Assembly: GCA_014905635.1 (NCBI GenBank)
Contig: JABVCE010000009.1
Span: forward strand, 930,001 to 994,000
DNA from: Scenedesmus sp. PABB004
Lineage: Eukaryota
Direction of reading: 5' to 3'
DNA length: 64,000 nt
Shown here: positions 35,806 through 47,625 of the stretch, piece by piece
Layout of the letters: every line of letters begins with the position of its first letter
Numbering within the stretch: the stretch's first letter is position 1
The notes under the pieces: model-generated
What the model saw: the letters and a program-made list of their open reading frames with translations, nothing else
Told to the model about the DNA's origin: nothing
The model's database searches: none
Made by a program: the position numbers and the translations under genes

Positions 35806-38083
35806 TCAGCGCGCGCCACCGCCGCCGCCGCCGCCGCCGCCGCCCCGCGCGCCCGTGGCGCTCAGTCGCAGCGCGTTGCGCCCCCCGCGGCGCCGCGGCT
35901 CCGCGGCGCGCTCGCCGCCGCCCGCGGGCGGCGCCTCCTGGCCCGCGGCGCCCGTCGCCGCGTCGCCAGCGGCGGCGGCGCGCCCGCCGCCGGCCGCCGG
36001 CGCGGCGGACGGGCCGCCGCCGCGGCCGGCGGCCGGCGGCGCGTAGGTGCCGCCGCAGGCGCCCAGCACGTCGGCCACCCACTCGTGCAGGCCGCACGAC
36101 ACCGAGACCGCCGGCGACGCCGGCCCCGGCGGCCCGCCGCCGGGGCGGAGGCCCGCGAGCGCGCCGCGCATCGCCTCGAGCGCCTCCGCGTCGAGCACCA
36201 CCACCTCCTCGCCGCCCCCGCCCACGAGGCCGCGCGCGCCGCGCGGCGGCAGCAGCTGCTCGCGCGCCGCGACGCGGCGCAGCAGCAGCGAGCGGCCGTC
36301 GCCGCCGGGCTGCGCGGCGTACCAGTGCAGCAGCGGGCCCGCCGCGCGGCGCGCGAGGTCGTGCGGGCCCGCTGCCAGCAGCACGGCCTGCTGCTCCAGC
36401 AGCAGCTGGCACAGCGCGGCAAAGGCCATGCCGCCGCCCGCGCCCTCGCCCTCGCCCTCGCCCGCGCCGCCGCCGGCGGCCGCGGGCGTGGCCACCAGGG
36501 GCATGCCGTGCAACAGCACGCTGTCGATGTCCTGCAGCGGCACGACCCGCCGCGCTTCCAGCCGGCAGGGCTGGTCCGGCGCGAGCGCGAGCGCGGCCGC
36601 TGGCCCGACGCGGGCCGGGCCGCCGCCCGCGCGCAGCTGCGTGTGGCGCCCGACCTGCAGCACGCCTGCGTCGCTGCGGACCGCGCCGGGGCCCTGCGCC
36701 AGCAGCGCCTGGCCCGTGGCCGCGCAGCGCCACGGCGCCGCCTCTGGCAGCAGCAGCAGCCCCGCCACGGCCGCCGCGTCGCCCGCGCCGCCCAGCGCCG
36801 CGGCCGCCGCGGCCGCGGGCGCGGCGCCGCTGGGCGGGTGCATCGGCAGCGAGTGGCAGGGGCAGAGCTGGGCCGGCAGCAGCCAGGCGTCCAGGGGCAT
36901 GATGGGCGCCTGCAGCGCGCAGGGCAGCAGCTGCGCGCCGACGGACAGCAGCAGGTCTGGCGCCGGTGCGCCGCCGCCGGCCGGGGCGCCGGTGCCGCCG
37001 GGCGCGAGCAGGCGCAGCCAGGTGGCGGTCAGCAGTTCGACCATGGCCTCGCAGTCTGGGGGGTGCGTGCGGCGGGGGCCACGCCGGGTGAGCGGCGGGC
37101 GGCGGCGGGTCGGCGGCGGCGCGCGGCGCGCCCGCGCAAGCAAACTGGCGGCGCGCGCCTGCGGTCAGGGCGTCAAAGGTCGCGGCCGGCGCAAACGCGC
37201 TGACCAGCTGCTCGAAGCTCGCGTCCACGCACGGCGCGGCGCGCGCGCCCGGCTCGCTGCCCTGCAGCTGGTCGGCCGCCTGGCCCTGCGACGCGCTCGG
37301 AGCCGCGTCGGGCGGCGCCGCCGTGGCCACGTCAGGCCCTGCGAGCTGCATGAAGTGAACGCTTGAGCCCTGCGCCGCACACAGCTGCGGCGCGGCGCGC
37401 GGCGGCGCGGGCGGCGCGTCAGCGCGCTGTGGGACGCGCTGCCGCGGCGAGCTGCTGTGTGCCGCGTGTGCGCGCGCCTGCAGCAGCCGGTGGAGCATCG
37501 GGTGCGGGCCCGCGAAGCCGCTCGACAGCAGCAGCAGCCGGTTTGCCACGCCCTCGCCGCCGGGGAGCTGGTTGAGGTGCAGCAGCAGCGACTTGAGGAG
37601 CACGCCTGCGCACGCGGGCGTGGTTGCGGCGGCCGCCGGCGGCCGCCGCGCGCGCCGCCGCGCCCCGGCACGCACTCAGCGTCTTGCCGTCGGCCGCCTC
37701 GCTCGATGAGATGGCGGCCGTGGTGAGCCGCTCCACGCCCGACACGAACTCGGGGAGCGCGAACGTGGCGCCGGGGGGGCGCAGCAGCACCTGCGCGCGT
37801 GTGTGCAGCGTGGCGGGCTGGCGGCGCTCGCGGCGGCAGCGCTGCGCGGCGGCGGGCCGCGAGGTCGAGCCCCCCGCGCCCGTAGAGCACCCCGCGCGCC
37901 CCAGCTCCGCGCCTGCAGCTGCGGGCTGGCGCCGGGCGGGCGCAAAAACATGCCGAGGCCGATCGGCGGCGGGGGCGCCACCGAGAGCGCGAGGACGTGG
38001 CCCAGGCGCGTCAGGGCGCGCTTGACGCGTGAGAGTGCGCCCGGGCCGAGCGCGTCGACGATCACAAAGGCGCGCGTCGACAT
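35806..38083 (-). CDS. Putative meiosis 1 arrest protein (M1AP)-like, multi-exon
   Basis: C-terminal exon RLEARRVVPLQDIDSVLLHGMPLVATP...FAALCQLLLEQQAVLLA...WYAAQP...SLLLRRVAAREQLLP resembles my recollection of the conserved M1AP block; N-terminus MSTRAFVIVDAL. Coding status is solid; the family call is from memory. Confidence 0.6.
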
Positions 38084-38801
38084 GGCGGCCGAGCGCGGCG
38101 GCGGGCGCTCGGGGCGGCCGGAACGGTGGCGGCAGCGGGCGCTGGCGTGGGGGCGCTCTGCGGGGCGCTGTGGCGTGTCCAGAGTGAGATAACACGAGCG
38201 CGCGCTGAAACCCTGAACCACCGCGCGTTTTTGAACGGACCCCGGCGCACGTCGCCGACGCAAGCTGCAAGTGCGCTGCCCTCCGCCGTCCTGCAGTGCT
38301 TGGTGGCGCGCCGAGCACGCGCCGCATACATCCCCGCAGCCGGGGCGGCCGTGCGCTCGCCCTCGGCCGCGACGGCAGACGTTGGTTTGCCCTGCCGGGC
38401 CCGCGCGTGCGTTCGTGGGACAGCACGCAGCCGGCCGGCACGCCGGCGGCCCCAGAGCAGCCCGGCAGCCCGACACACCAAAGCAAGCAGCCGTACGCGG
38501 CCCACAGCGCCGCGGCTCGGCGCGCCCGGCCGGGGGCGCTCCTCAAGGCCGCATGCGGCGCAACAGAGGCACAGACAGAGACCCAGAGACCCGCCCGCCG
38601 CCCACGCCGAGCGCACACGCGCCGACACATCCCCCCGTCGCACGCCGCACGCACACAAAACCGCTGAAAACACAGGCGCACCGCGGCTTGGAAGATATGC
38701 CCCCTCCCCACCCTCCCAACGGACCGACCGCACCGCCGCGCGGCCCGGCCGCTGGCGGCGCAGCCGCGCGCACCGCGCCCGCGCCGCGCGCGCACGCGCG
38801 C

Positions 38802-41800
38802 TCACAGCGTGGGCGGCGGCAGGTGCGTCACGCCGCCGGAGAAGCGGCCCGCCATGTGGCCCGCGGGGTTGCCCGGCAGCGCGCCGAGCGAGCTGCGCGC
38901 GAGGTCGACGAAGGAGAGGCGGTGCACCGAGCTCGCGCCGCGCGGCGACGCGCCCTCGACTGCCGACGGCGGCGAGGCCTCCAGGTCGACCGCCTTGGAC
39001 CCGACCACGGCGGGGCGCTCGGTCTTGTCGAAGCGCGCGGCCGAGTGGACCGAGTAGAGGGCATAGAAGCCGATGACGACGGCAAAGAAGATGGCGAGCT
39101 GCATGTACGCCTTGCCTGCGCGGCGCGGCGTGGCGGTGGCGTGTACAGACAGAGGGGCGGGCGCGTGTCGAGGGTGTTGAGGGGCAGAGCGCGCGCGCGG
39201 CGTGGCGCGGGGTGGTGCTGCGGCGCGCTGTGCGGCGGCGGCGCGCCGCGGGGGTGCAGGGTGGTGCGGCAGCGCGGCGTGTGCGCGCCTGAGAGCGAGG
39301 CCATGAGGAAGCAGTTGAGCAGCAGCGATCCGGCGGGGAGGTAGGGGTAAAGCGGCACGCTGGCGGCGGCGAGGGTTTAGGGTTGACCCGGGGCGGCGCG
39401 GGCGGGCGCGGCGTGAGAGGCAGGGAGCCGCCGCTAGCGGCGGGCGCGGCCCAGGCGGGCGGGCGTCCCGGGCGGCGCCGCGCCGCCGCGCACCGGTAGC
39501 TGGGGCGGTCCCACTGCTTGCACGTGACGTGCAGGCCGACGCAGCACAGCAGCACGAGGCCGCCGATGACGGCCATGCCGACCACGTGGGACAGCCCCGT
39601 GCACAGCGCGTACACGCACGCAAACGCTGCGCGCGCGGCGGACCGGCGGCGGCGGGCGCGGCGCGGCGCGGCCGTCGGCGCGCGGCGCGCGGCGCGGCCG
39701 CTGGCGCAGCGTGGCGCGAGCGGCGGGCGGGGTTGCGTGCGCCGCCGCGTGAGCTAGTCAGATCGCGGTGCTCACCGATGCAGAGGCCTGTGATGGCGAA
39801 GATGAAGGCCAGGGGCAGGGCGTTGTCCTTGATCGGCACGCCCGTGCGCACGACGCGCTTCCAGAGCAGCGCGAGCGCGACGACGCCAAACACCATGAGC
39901 GTGCCCGCGCTCACCCTGCGGGCGCGCGGGCGCGTGGGTGGGTGTGTGCGTGGGTGCGTGGGCGGGGTGGGAGAGGGAAGGAGGGGCGCGTGGGCGTGAG
40001 CGGGGTGGGCGCGGGCGGGGTGGGCGGCCGGCGGTCAACGGCCCAGGGGGTGGCGGGGTCGGTCGACGCGCGGGGGGCTGGTCAAACGGCAGCGGCGCGC
40101 ACATGTCGATGAGGGCGGGGACGTCGGTGAGGATGCTGAGCGGGATGGTCGCGACCGTGACGAAGAGCGTCGCCCACATGGGCGTGCCGAAGCGGTCGCT
40201 GATCTTGCCAAAGACCTGCGCGGGCAGCGGACGGGGCGCGGCGCCGCGGGCGGTGGCGGGGCGGGTGCGGGCGGCGGTGGGTGCGGGCGGGCGCGGGCGG
40301 GCGGCGCGGGGGCAGGGCGCGGGCAGGCGCGCGGGCGCGGGCGCGATCGACGCCACGCACCGGGAAGATGAGGTGCGTGCGGCCCATCGACGTCACGATG
40401 CGCGCGACGCCCATCACGCCGACCTGCGCGGCGCGGCGCGCGGCGCGCGGCGGCGTGTGTGTGCGCCCACACACGTGGGCGCAGCGGGCGGCGGTGGGCC
40501 GGACAGGCGCGCGCGGCAGGGCGCACGGCAGGGCGCGCAGCAGAGGGGCGGCAGGGCGGGCGGCCGGGCCGCCGCGGGGCGCGCGGCGGCCCCGGCGGCC
40601 CTGGCGGCCCTGGCGGCGGCGCGGCGGCGCCGCGCACCAGCACGCCGGTGACGATGCCGAGCGTCGCGCCGAGGGCCACGAGGTATCGGCCCCAGTTCAA
40701 TCCCACCTGGCTGAACGCGGTGGCAAACGACGCGGCGGTGTCGAGCTGGTCGTACGGCACCATCATGACCTGGGCGAGCGGCGGGTGTTGGTGCGACGCT
40801 GGTGTGAGTCTCTCACAGGGCGGAGAGCCCGCCCAGAGCGCCGCGCGCGGCGCGCACGCGCTGGCGGGCGCGCGTGGGCCGCACCAGGCAGAGGGACATG
40901 AGCGTGTAGATGAGCTGCGTGTGTGGGTGTGGGGCGGTGGGCGGTGGGCGCTGGGCGGTGGGCCGCGCAGGCACGCGCTGCGCGCGCCGCGCAGGGCCCG
41001 CCGCCGCGGACTCACGCCGACAAAGGTGATGCAGCCCACGATGCCGACGGGCATGTCGACGGCGGGGTTCTTCACCTGCGCGGCGGCGCCGGGGCAGCGT
41101 CGCGCGGCGTCCGGCGGCGGCGGCACGCCGCAGAGTGCCCGCAGTGCGGCGCTCGCAGTGCGAGCAGCGCGCGGCGCGGCCGCGCCTCCTCGGCGAGCGT
41201 CGAGACGCAGTCAAACCTGCGCGGCGCCGGGGCGGCAGCGCGGGCTCGGCACGCATGCCGCACGGCGCCCGGCGGCGGCGGCGGCGCCGCAGAGCGCGCG
41301 CCCACCCAATAAATGAGAAGAACACGAAGCTCGCGCCGTTGAAGATGCCCTGGACGCCAAAGGGCGTGAAGGGGCGCAGGTTGGCTGGGTTGGCCTTGAC
41401 GAAGCCGGCGATGAGGATGATGAGGATGACGAGCAGCTGGCTGCCCGTTATGACGATGTTAAACCAGCTCCCGCCCGCCGTGCTGAACATGAGCAGCACG
41501 CAGCAGCCGATGAGCAGGCCTGCGGTGTGCGTGGTGTGGTGTGGTGTGCGGGGCGCGGCAGGGGGCGCGGCGCGGTGACTTGTCGCCGGCGACGGCGGGA
41601 AACCGGGGCCGGCGGCGCGGGCCGGCGAGGGGCGGGCCGGAAGCTGGGCGGCCCGCCCGCGCACCTGCGGCGAGGAAGTCGACCGTGTAGTCCTGGTAGG
41701 GGAAGGTGAAGAACATGGGGTCCTTGCCTGTGAGAGGGGACGGGACAGGTGGGGGCGCGGGGCGCGGGGCGCGGCGTGAGCGTGCCGGTGTAGGCGTGGC

Positions 41801-43216
41801 GCGGCCAGCGCGGGCGCGCGCCGCCGCGGCCGGCGGGGGGCTGTCTGCCTCTCACCGATGAGCGTGGCAAAGTAGGCGGAGAAGGCCCGCGACACGGCGG
41901 CGTTGGCGAGGATGTACTCCTGCGCAGCGTGGTTGGTTGGGTGAGGTGACGGGTGAGGTGGCGGGTGAGTTGGAGGGTGAGTTTGAGTGAGTCAAAAAAG
42001 TGAGTCAAGGAGGCGAGTCAAAAAGTGAGTCAAGGAGGTGAGTCAAGAAAGGAGCCGAGGAGGAGGGAGGGGCTCGGGCGCGCCGCGTGGCGGCACGTGG
42101 CGCCGTCGGCGCGCGGCGCGCGGGCGCACCAGCACGAGCGTCGTGACGACCAGCCACGCCGCGAGCTCGCCGAGGGTGAGGGAGATGTAGTTGTACGCGC
42201 CTGGGGGCGCGGCGCGCGCGCGGCGCGCGCGGGCGCGGCGCGGGCGCGCAGTGGGCGCGCGCGGCGCGGGCGCGAGCGCGGCGGGGGCGCGGCGCTCAGC
42301 GCGGCGTCGCGGCGTGTGCGGCTCCCGCGGGCGCTGCGCGCCGCGCGCGGCGGCGGGGGCCTGGCGCGGGCCCGGCGCGGCGGCGGCGGCGGCCGCGCGC
42401 GGCCGCGGCGCCGGGGCCTGCGCGCACCGCCTGCGAGGGGGTACTGCGTCGCAAACTCGCTGTAGCACAGCGCGCTGAGCAGGGCGGAGATGCCGGCGAT
42501 GATGAAGCTGATCACGATGGCGGGCCTGGCGGCGCGGCGGCAGGCCAGCGGGGCGGCGGACCAGGGTCAGGGGGGGCGGGGGCGGGGTGGGAGCGCGCGC
42601 GCGGGCGGAGGAGGGCCTGCCCGCGCGGCGGCGGCGGCGGAACGGCGGCGGCGGCGCACCCGGCCTGCTCCCTCGCGGCGACGCCCGTGGAGACGAACAC
42701 GCCGGCGCCGACGATCATGCCTGCGCGGCGCGGCGGGGGCGGGGGCCGCCGCGCGCGCGCGCGCGCGCCGTGGGCGGGCCGGCCCCGGCGCGCGCGCCGC
42801 GCGCGGGGCTGGCGCGGCGCGCGGCCGCCGCCGCCGCGGGGCCGGCGCGCGTGGGCGGAGGGAGCGTCATGGTCACGCACCGGTGCCAAGCATCGCGACG
42901 TGGAACCAGTTGAGCACCTGGTTCATCGCCGCGCCGGCGGCGTCCTTGTCGGCCAGCTGCGTCTCCGGGTCGCGCACGTAGCCCGCGCGCTTCGCCACCA
43001 GCACGGGCGTGTCCTTGAGAGACCTTGCCCACTCTGCGGCAGGCAGCGGCGGGCGGGCGCGCCCACAGTCGGCCAGCAGCGCCAGCGTCACCAGCCGCGG
43101 CAGCGGCGGCGCCGCCGGCCCAAACGCCGCGGGCCGCGGGCGCCATGGCCCGCGCGCGGCGTGCCTGCGGTGTTGCTGAAGCCGCTCCAGTTGTAGCGGC
43201 GGCTGGTGGACTCCAT
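38802..43216 (-). CDS. Cationic amino-acid transporter (APC superfamily, CAT-like), multi-exon
   Basis: LGT|GMIVGAGVFVSTG, GPAIVISFIIAGISALLSALCYSEFA, PFTPFGVQGIFNGASFVFFSFIG|FDCVSTLAEE|VKNPAVDMPVGIVG, MMVPYDQLD and VPLYPYLPAGSLLLNCFLMASL. Confidence 0.93.
41941..42050 (+). repeat. Intronic degenerate tandem array of (G)TGAGTCA units with 12-13 nt spacing
   Basis: TGAGTCA at 41988, 42001, 42026 and 42039; CGAGTCA at 42014; preceded by GGTGAG units. Confidence 0.8.
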
Positions 43217-43903
43217 GGCGCCTGCTTTCTTGCGACAACCCTTGCTGCTGCTGCCGCAGAGGAGAGGGCGCGCCGGGGCCGCGAGCACCGTGTGCGCGTG
43301 CGGCCGCGCGGGTTTGGCTCTGGGACGGCGCCGTGGCAGCAGCGGAGCAGGGAGCGGGGAGCCAATGCGGCCAGCAACAGCGAGCCCTAAACACCGGGTG
43401 AACGCGGTCGAGATCGCGGTGGGGTGGTCGGAGTGCGTTCGCAGGCCCACGATCGAGCGGTCGGCGGCGGCTCGGGCCGCGCGCGTAAACGGCTGAGGAG
43501 AGACCGAGCTGATGGCGATGGCGCGGCCCCGTTTGCCCGGCCCCGCCCTCAATCACCGCGCCCGCGCCAGACCCGGATGCTCCCGAGCCTTCTCAAAGAC
43601 GTCGCAAGTGCAGTGCGCCCTCCCAGCCGCCCACGTGGGGCGGTCACTCATGCTGGTGCCGCCCACGTGGGGTGGCGCCGCGCCGCGTGACCCAAGCTCG
43701 ATCGACAACACAAGCGAGCCCGCCCACTAGCGCTGCAAAAACCGCCCACTTCTGCCACATCAACCCACCGAGCTCACGTTCTATGCTGCCCGCGCTCCCC
43801 GCCGAGTTGCGCGCGCGCGCGCCGACCGGCCGCCGCCCCGTGCCGCGCTCTGTGCCACCGCCGCCTCGCGCGCCGCCTCGCTTCAGCTCCTCACGCCGTC
43901 GCC

Positions 43904-44703
43904 TCACTTGTCCATCTCGGCCTGGATCTGGTCGAACGACTTTCCCTTGGTTTCAGGCACGTTTGCAGCCACCCACGCGGCGGCGACGAGCGAGCAGGCG
44001 CCGAAAAAGGCATAGACCGCCGACAGACCGTACGCGTTGGCCGCGGCCATGAAGTTCTGCCCGATCGCCACGTTGCACACCCAGTGCGTCACCATCGCCG
44101 CCGACACGGCGTTGCCTGCGCGCGCGCGCACCGCGCGCGCGTGAGCGGGTCGGCGCGCGCGCGCGGTGCGCCGCGCCCGCCCGCGGCCCTGCGCCGCCAG
44201 CCCGCGCCGCGGCGCGCCGCGCGCCGCGCGTCGCCGCCGCCTGGTGCTCGCACCGCGCACGGCCTCCTTGTTGAGCTCCGGCACGATCAGCCCCGACACC
44301 GGCCCCGCGCCGATGGCAAACGACAGGATGTAGGCCAGCGTGCCGCCCAGCGCGATCGTGCCGCTGCGGCGGGCGGCGCGCGGCGCCGCGGCGGCGGGCC
44401 GTCGGCGGCGCCCGCGCGGCGGCGGGCCATCGCGGCGGCGGCGGACGCGGCGCGTGCCTGTAGGGCGCGAGGGCGGGCAGGCCGAAGCCGGCGGCCATGA
44501 GGGCCATGGTGGCGGCCATGCCCAGGTACGAGGCGGTCAGCAGCTGCTTGCGGCCCGCGCCCTCGATGAGCCCCGTCGCGACGAGCGTGCCGGCCACGTT
44601 GGTCGCGCCGACCGCGGCGCTCGCGAGCGCGCCCGACGCGATGCCGGCCTGCGCGCGTCCAGCGCCCGCGGGGCGGGGCGGTCTCAGAACACACACAACA
44701 CCA

Positions 44704-44738
<35 letters not shown>

Positions 44739-46359
44739 TGCGCGTGCGATGCGCGTGCGGCGCGTGCGCTGCCGCGCGCTGCCGCCCGTGTCGCCGCGCC
44801 TGCTTGAACACGCTGCTGCTGAAGTAGACGATGGCGTTGATGCCGCTGAACTGCTGGAACACAAACAGAAGGCAGCCCAGCACCACGCCCTTGCGGTACG
44901 GCGCGGCGAGCAGGTTGGCCCCGCCCGACGCGGCGCCGCCGGCCTTGGCGCCGCCGGCCGGCGCGGCGCCGAGCTGCGCGGCGCCGCCGGCGCCCCAGAG
45001 CTTGGTCGCCGTCGCGAGCGCCTCGTCGCGCTTGCCCTTGCTCGCCAGGTAGGCGGGAGACTCGGGGCAGCCCAGCATGCCTGCGCCCCGCGGCGGCGCG
45101 CGGCGTGCTCGGCGCGGCGCTCGGCGCGCGACGCAGCGGCGTGCCAGGCCGGCAGCGGCCCGCCGCGCGGCGCGTTCCATGCTCGGCGCGCGTCGGCGCG
45201 CGCGCGCACCCAGGAGCAGGATGCCGGCGGGCGCGGCGGCGAGCGTGAACATCGTGCGCCAGTCGGTCACGGGCAGGGCCACGTTGACCAGCAGCGCCGC
45301 GAGGATGCCGAGGCAGATCATGAGCTGGTTCAGGCTGCCCAGCGTGCCGCGCACCGACGTCGGCGACACCTGCGCCGCGCGGCGCGGCGCGGCGCGGCGG
45401 CGGCTCGGCGGGCGCGCGGCGGGCGCCGCTGCCCGCTGCCGCCTGCCCTGGCACCGCCGCTCGCGGCCGGGCGGCGGCGGCGCGTGCGGCGCCGGCTCGC
45501 CTCTGAGATGTAGAGGGGCACGAGCGCGGAGCTGAGGCCGATCGCGACGCCCGCGAGGAAGCGGCCGGCGACCATGGTGTTGAGGTCGGCCGCCGCCGCG
45601 CTGAGCAGCGGGCCGACGAGCATGGGCACCGCGCAGAGCATGAACGAGAGGCGCCGCCCCAGCGCGTCGGCAAAGCCGCCGCCCGTGAGGCTGCCGAGCG
45701 CGGCGCCGGCGAGCGTGCTGCTCACGACCTGCGGCCGGCGCGGCGCGGCGCGGCGCGGTTGGGCCCACGGCGCGCGGCCGCCGCGACGCTGCAGCGCTGC
45801 GGCGGGCGGGCGGGCGGGCGGGCGGCCGCAGCGGCGCGCACCAGGCCGGCGAGCGCCTGGTTGCCGGCGAAGCCGAGCTCGCGCGCGATCGCCTCGAGCG
45901 GCCCGTTGACGACGCCGAGGTGGTACCCAAAGGCAAACGCGCCCATGCACGCCACGCCCACCGCGCCGAGCACGGCGCCCATGTTGGCGCCGGGCGACGC
46001 CGACGACGCGCCCGACGCGCCCGACGCCGCGCGCGGCGGCGCCGGCCCGGCGGCGCGGCGCGGGCGGCCCGCGGCGCGCGCCGGCGCGACGACGGCGGCT
46101 AGCGCGCGGGGAGCGGGCGGGTGCCACGCGGGCGGCGCGGGGGGATGTGGGCGGCAGCACTGCGGCGGCGTGCGCAGCGGCGCTGCGGCAGCGGCGGCAC
46201 GGCGGCATGCCGCCACTCACCGCCGCCGTGGCGATGGCTCGGCGGCGGCGGGACGCGCCCGGACGCCGCGCCGCGAGGCGCCAGGGCCCGGCGGGACGAC
46301 GGCCTGGCGCAGGCGCGCGCCGAGACAGCTGCGAGCGGCTTCATCGCGAGCGCGGCCAT
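43904..46359 (-). CDS. Plastidic glucose transporter (pGlcT-like, MFS sugar porter) with transit peptide
   Basis: AFAFGYHLGVVNGPLE, ADALGRR, VPLYISE|VSPTSVRGTLGSLNQLMICLGI, CPESP, FQQFSGINAIVYFSS, GAGPVSGLIVPEL, HWVCN and VPETKGKS. Confidence 0.93.
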
Positions 46360-46509
46360 TGCGTGGCAGGGCTGAGTGCAAGAGGGCTGTGGGCGGGACG
46401 CGGCGGGCGTGGGCGCACGGGGTGCGTGATGGCGGGGCCCCGCCGGCGCGCCAGCGGCGATGCCGTTGCGCAGGATGGCCGCCGTCGCTGGGAGATGCCT
46501 CCAGGCCGC

Positions 46510-47378
46510 CAGCTAGGCGATCCGCGGCGCGACCTGCACACCAACGCTGCGCCAGACCAGCCGCTCGACGCTCCGATCGCTGCTGTGACGCTGCGGATAG
46601 CCCATGCGCACGCACCGAGCAGGTGTGGCGCGCGCGGGGTCGGGCGGGCCCGTCATACCTCCCTGGACCGCAGCGCGGCTGGCGACCTCCCGCTGCAGGT
46701 CCTTGAGGGGTTCCTTGCGCAGACGCACGGCCGCCTCGCTGGCATCCACGGCGGCGCGCTACTCGGGCACGAGCGTCGCCGCCGCCGGGGCGTGGCGCAA
46801 CGGCCGGGTGCATCATGTGTTGGACAATGCATTCGCATATAGCTTGCTTGCGTGCCGTGCAGAGTGTGCGTGGCGGCTGCGGAAGCACGGGCTGAAGCAG
46901 CGCGCTGCATGCGGCGATTCAGTTGACTGCATACGGCCGGGTCTTTGTGCGCGGGCGCGTCCGGCAGCACGCGCGCCTGCCCGCCGACCTGCCCGCGGTG
47001 GTGCTGGGCATCGGGGACGCCAGCCTGGGCATGGGGGGCTGCATCTCGGGGCCGGGGCCGCCGCGGCAGGCGCTGCTGGCGCTGCTGCGCACGTACTACG
47101 CGCGCCGGCGCGTCGCCGCGGTGCTCATGGACGAGCACCGGACCAGCATCACCTGCTCTGTTTGCGGGGCGCGCGTGGAGAAGCTGCGGGGCATCTATGG
47201 TCTGGTGCAGTGCCCCGGGTGCACGGTCGTCGCGCCGCGCGACGACAACGCGGCGCGCAACATCTGCGCGCTCACGCTGCACGAGTTGCTGCGCGGCGGC
47301 CGCGGCACGGCGGGCGGCGCGCGCCTCGCCGGCGCGTTCCGGCAGGCGGCCGCCGCCGCGGTGGACCCCCCGGCGTGA
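46510..47378 (+). pseudogene. Fanzor (eukaryotic TnpB-like RuvC nuclease) remnant, frameshifted and apparently 5'-truncated
   Basis: Frame 46902-47378: ALHAAIQLT...VVLGIGDASLG...GPGPPRQALLALL...VLMDEHRTSITCSVCG...LVQCPGC...RDDNAARNI (RuvC-II Glu, CxxC..CxxC zinc finger, RuvC-III Asp). An adjacent upstream frame reads VHHVLDN...AWRLRKHGLKQR. A possible degenerate RuvC-I (GDPRRDL) lies at 46516-46536. No introns. Confidence 0.8.
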
Positions 47379-47399
47379 GCGGCGTGTGCGGTGCGCTGC

Positions 47400-47625
47400 G
47401 CTCTCCGTCCTGGGCAGGACGTTAAAAGGCCTCTTGCTGTTGTGTTGTGTTGCCAGGTTAGGTCAGGCGTGTGCGCGTGCGTTTCTCGCCTTGTCACCCG
47501 TTCCGGGTGGCGCAAACCCCTCGCGGGGCACCGACCTGCGGGCCGGTCCCAAACCGTTATGCCTCGCGCCGCTGTGGCCTGTTTCAGGCGGCCGGCGATC
47601 AGAGGATGCCCATGGTCGGTGTTGG
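47400..47625 (+). ncRNA. Candidate structured RNA (putative Fanzor omega-RNA scaffold)
   Basis: Hairpins at 47406-47421, 47465-47491, 47492-47512, 47517-47528 and ~47562-47605, plus a long-range stem 47527-47536/47614-47623, directly 3' of the Fanzor stop. Confidence 0.45.

Noticed and set aside
39372..39382. AGGGTTTAGGG (also CCCTAAACCC at 59080-59089) as interstitial telomere
   Set aside because: Only about 1.5 units each, inside introns; too short to be meaningful.
41941..42050. Possible CRISPR array
   Set aside because: Units are 12-13 nt with no unique spacers, lie in a eukaryotic intron, and there are no cas genes.
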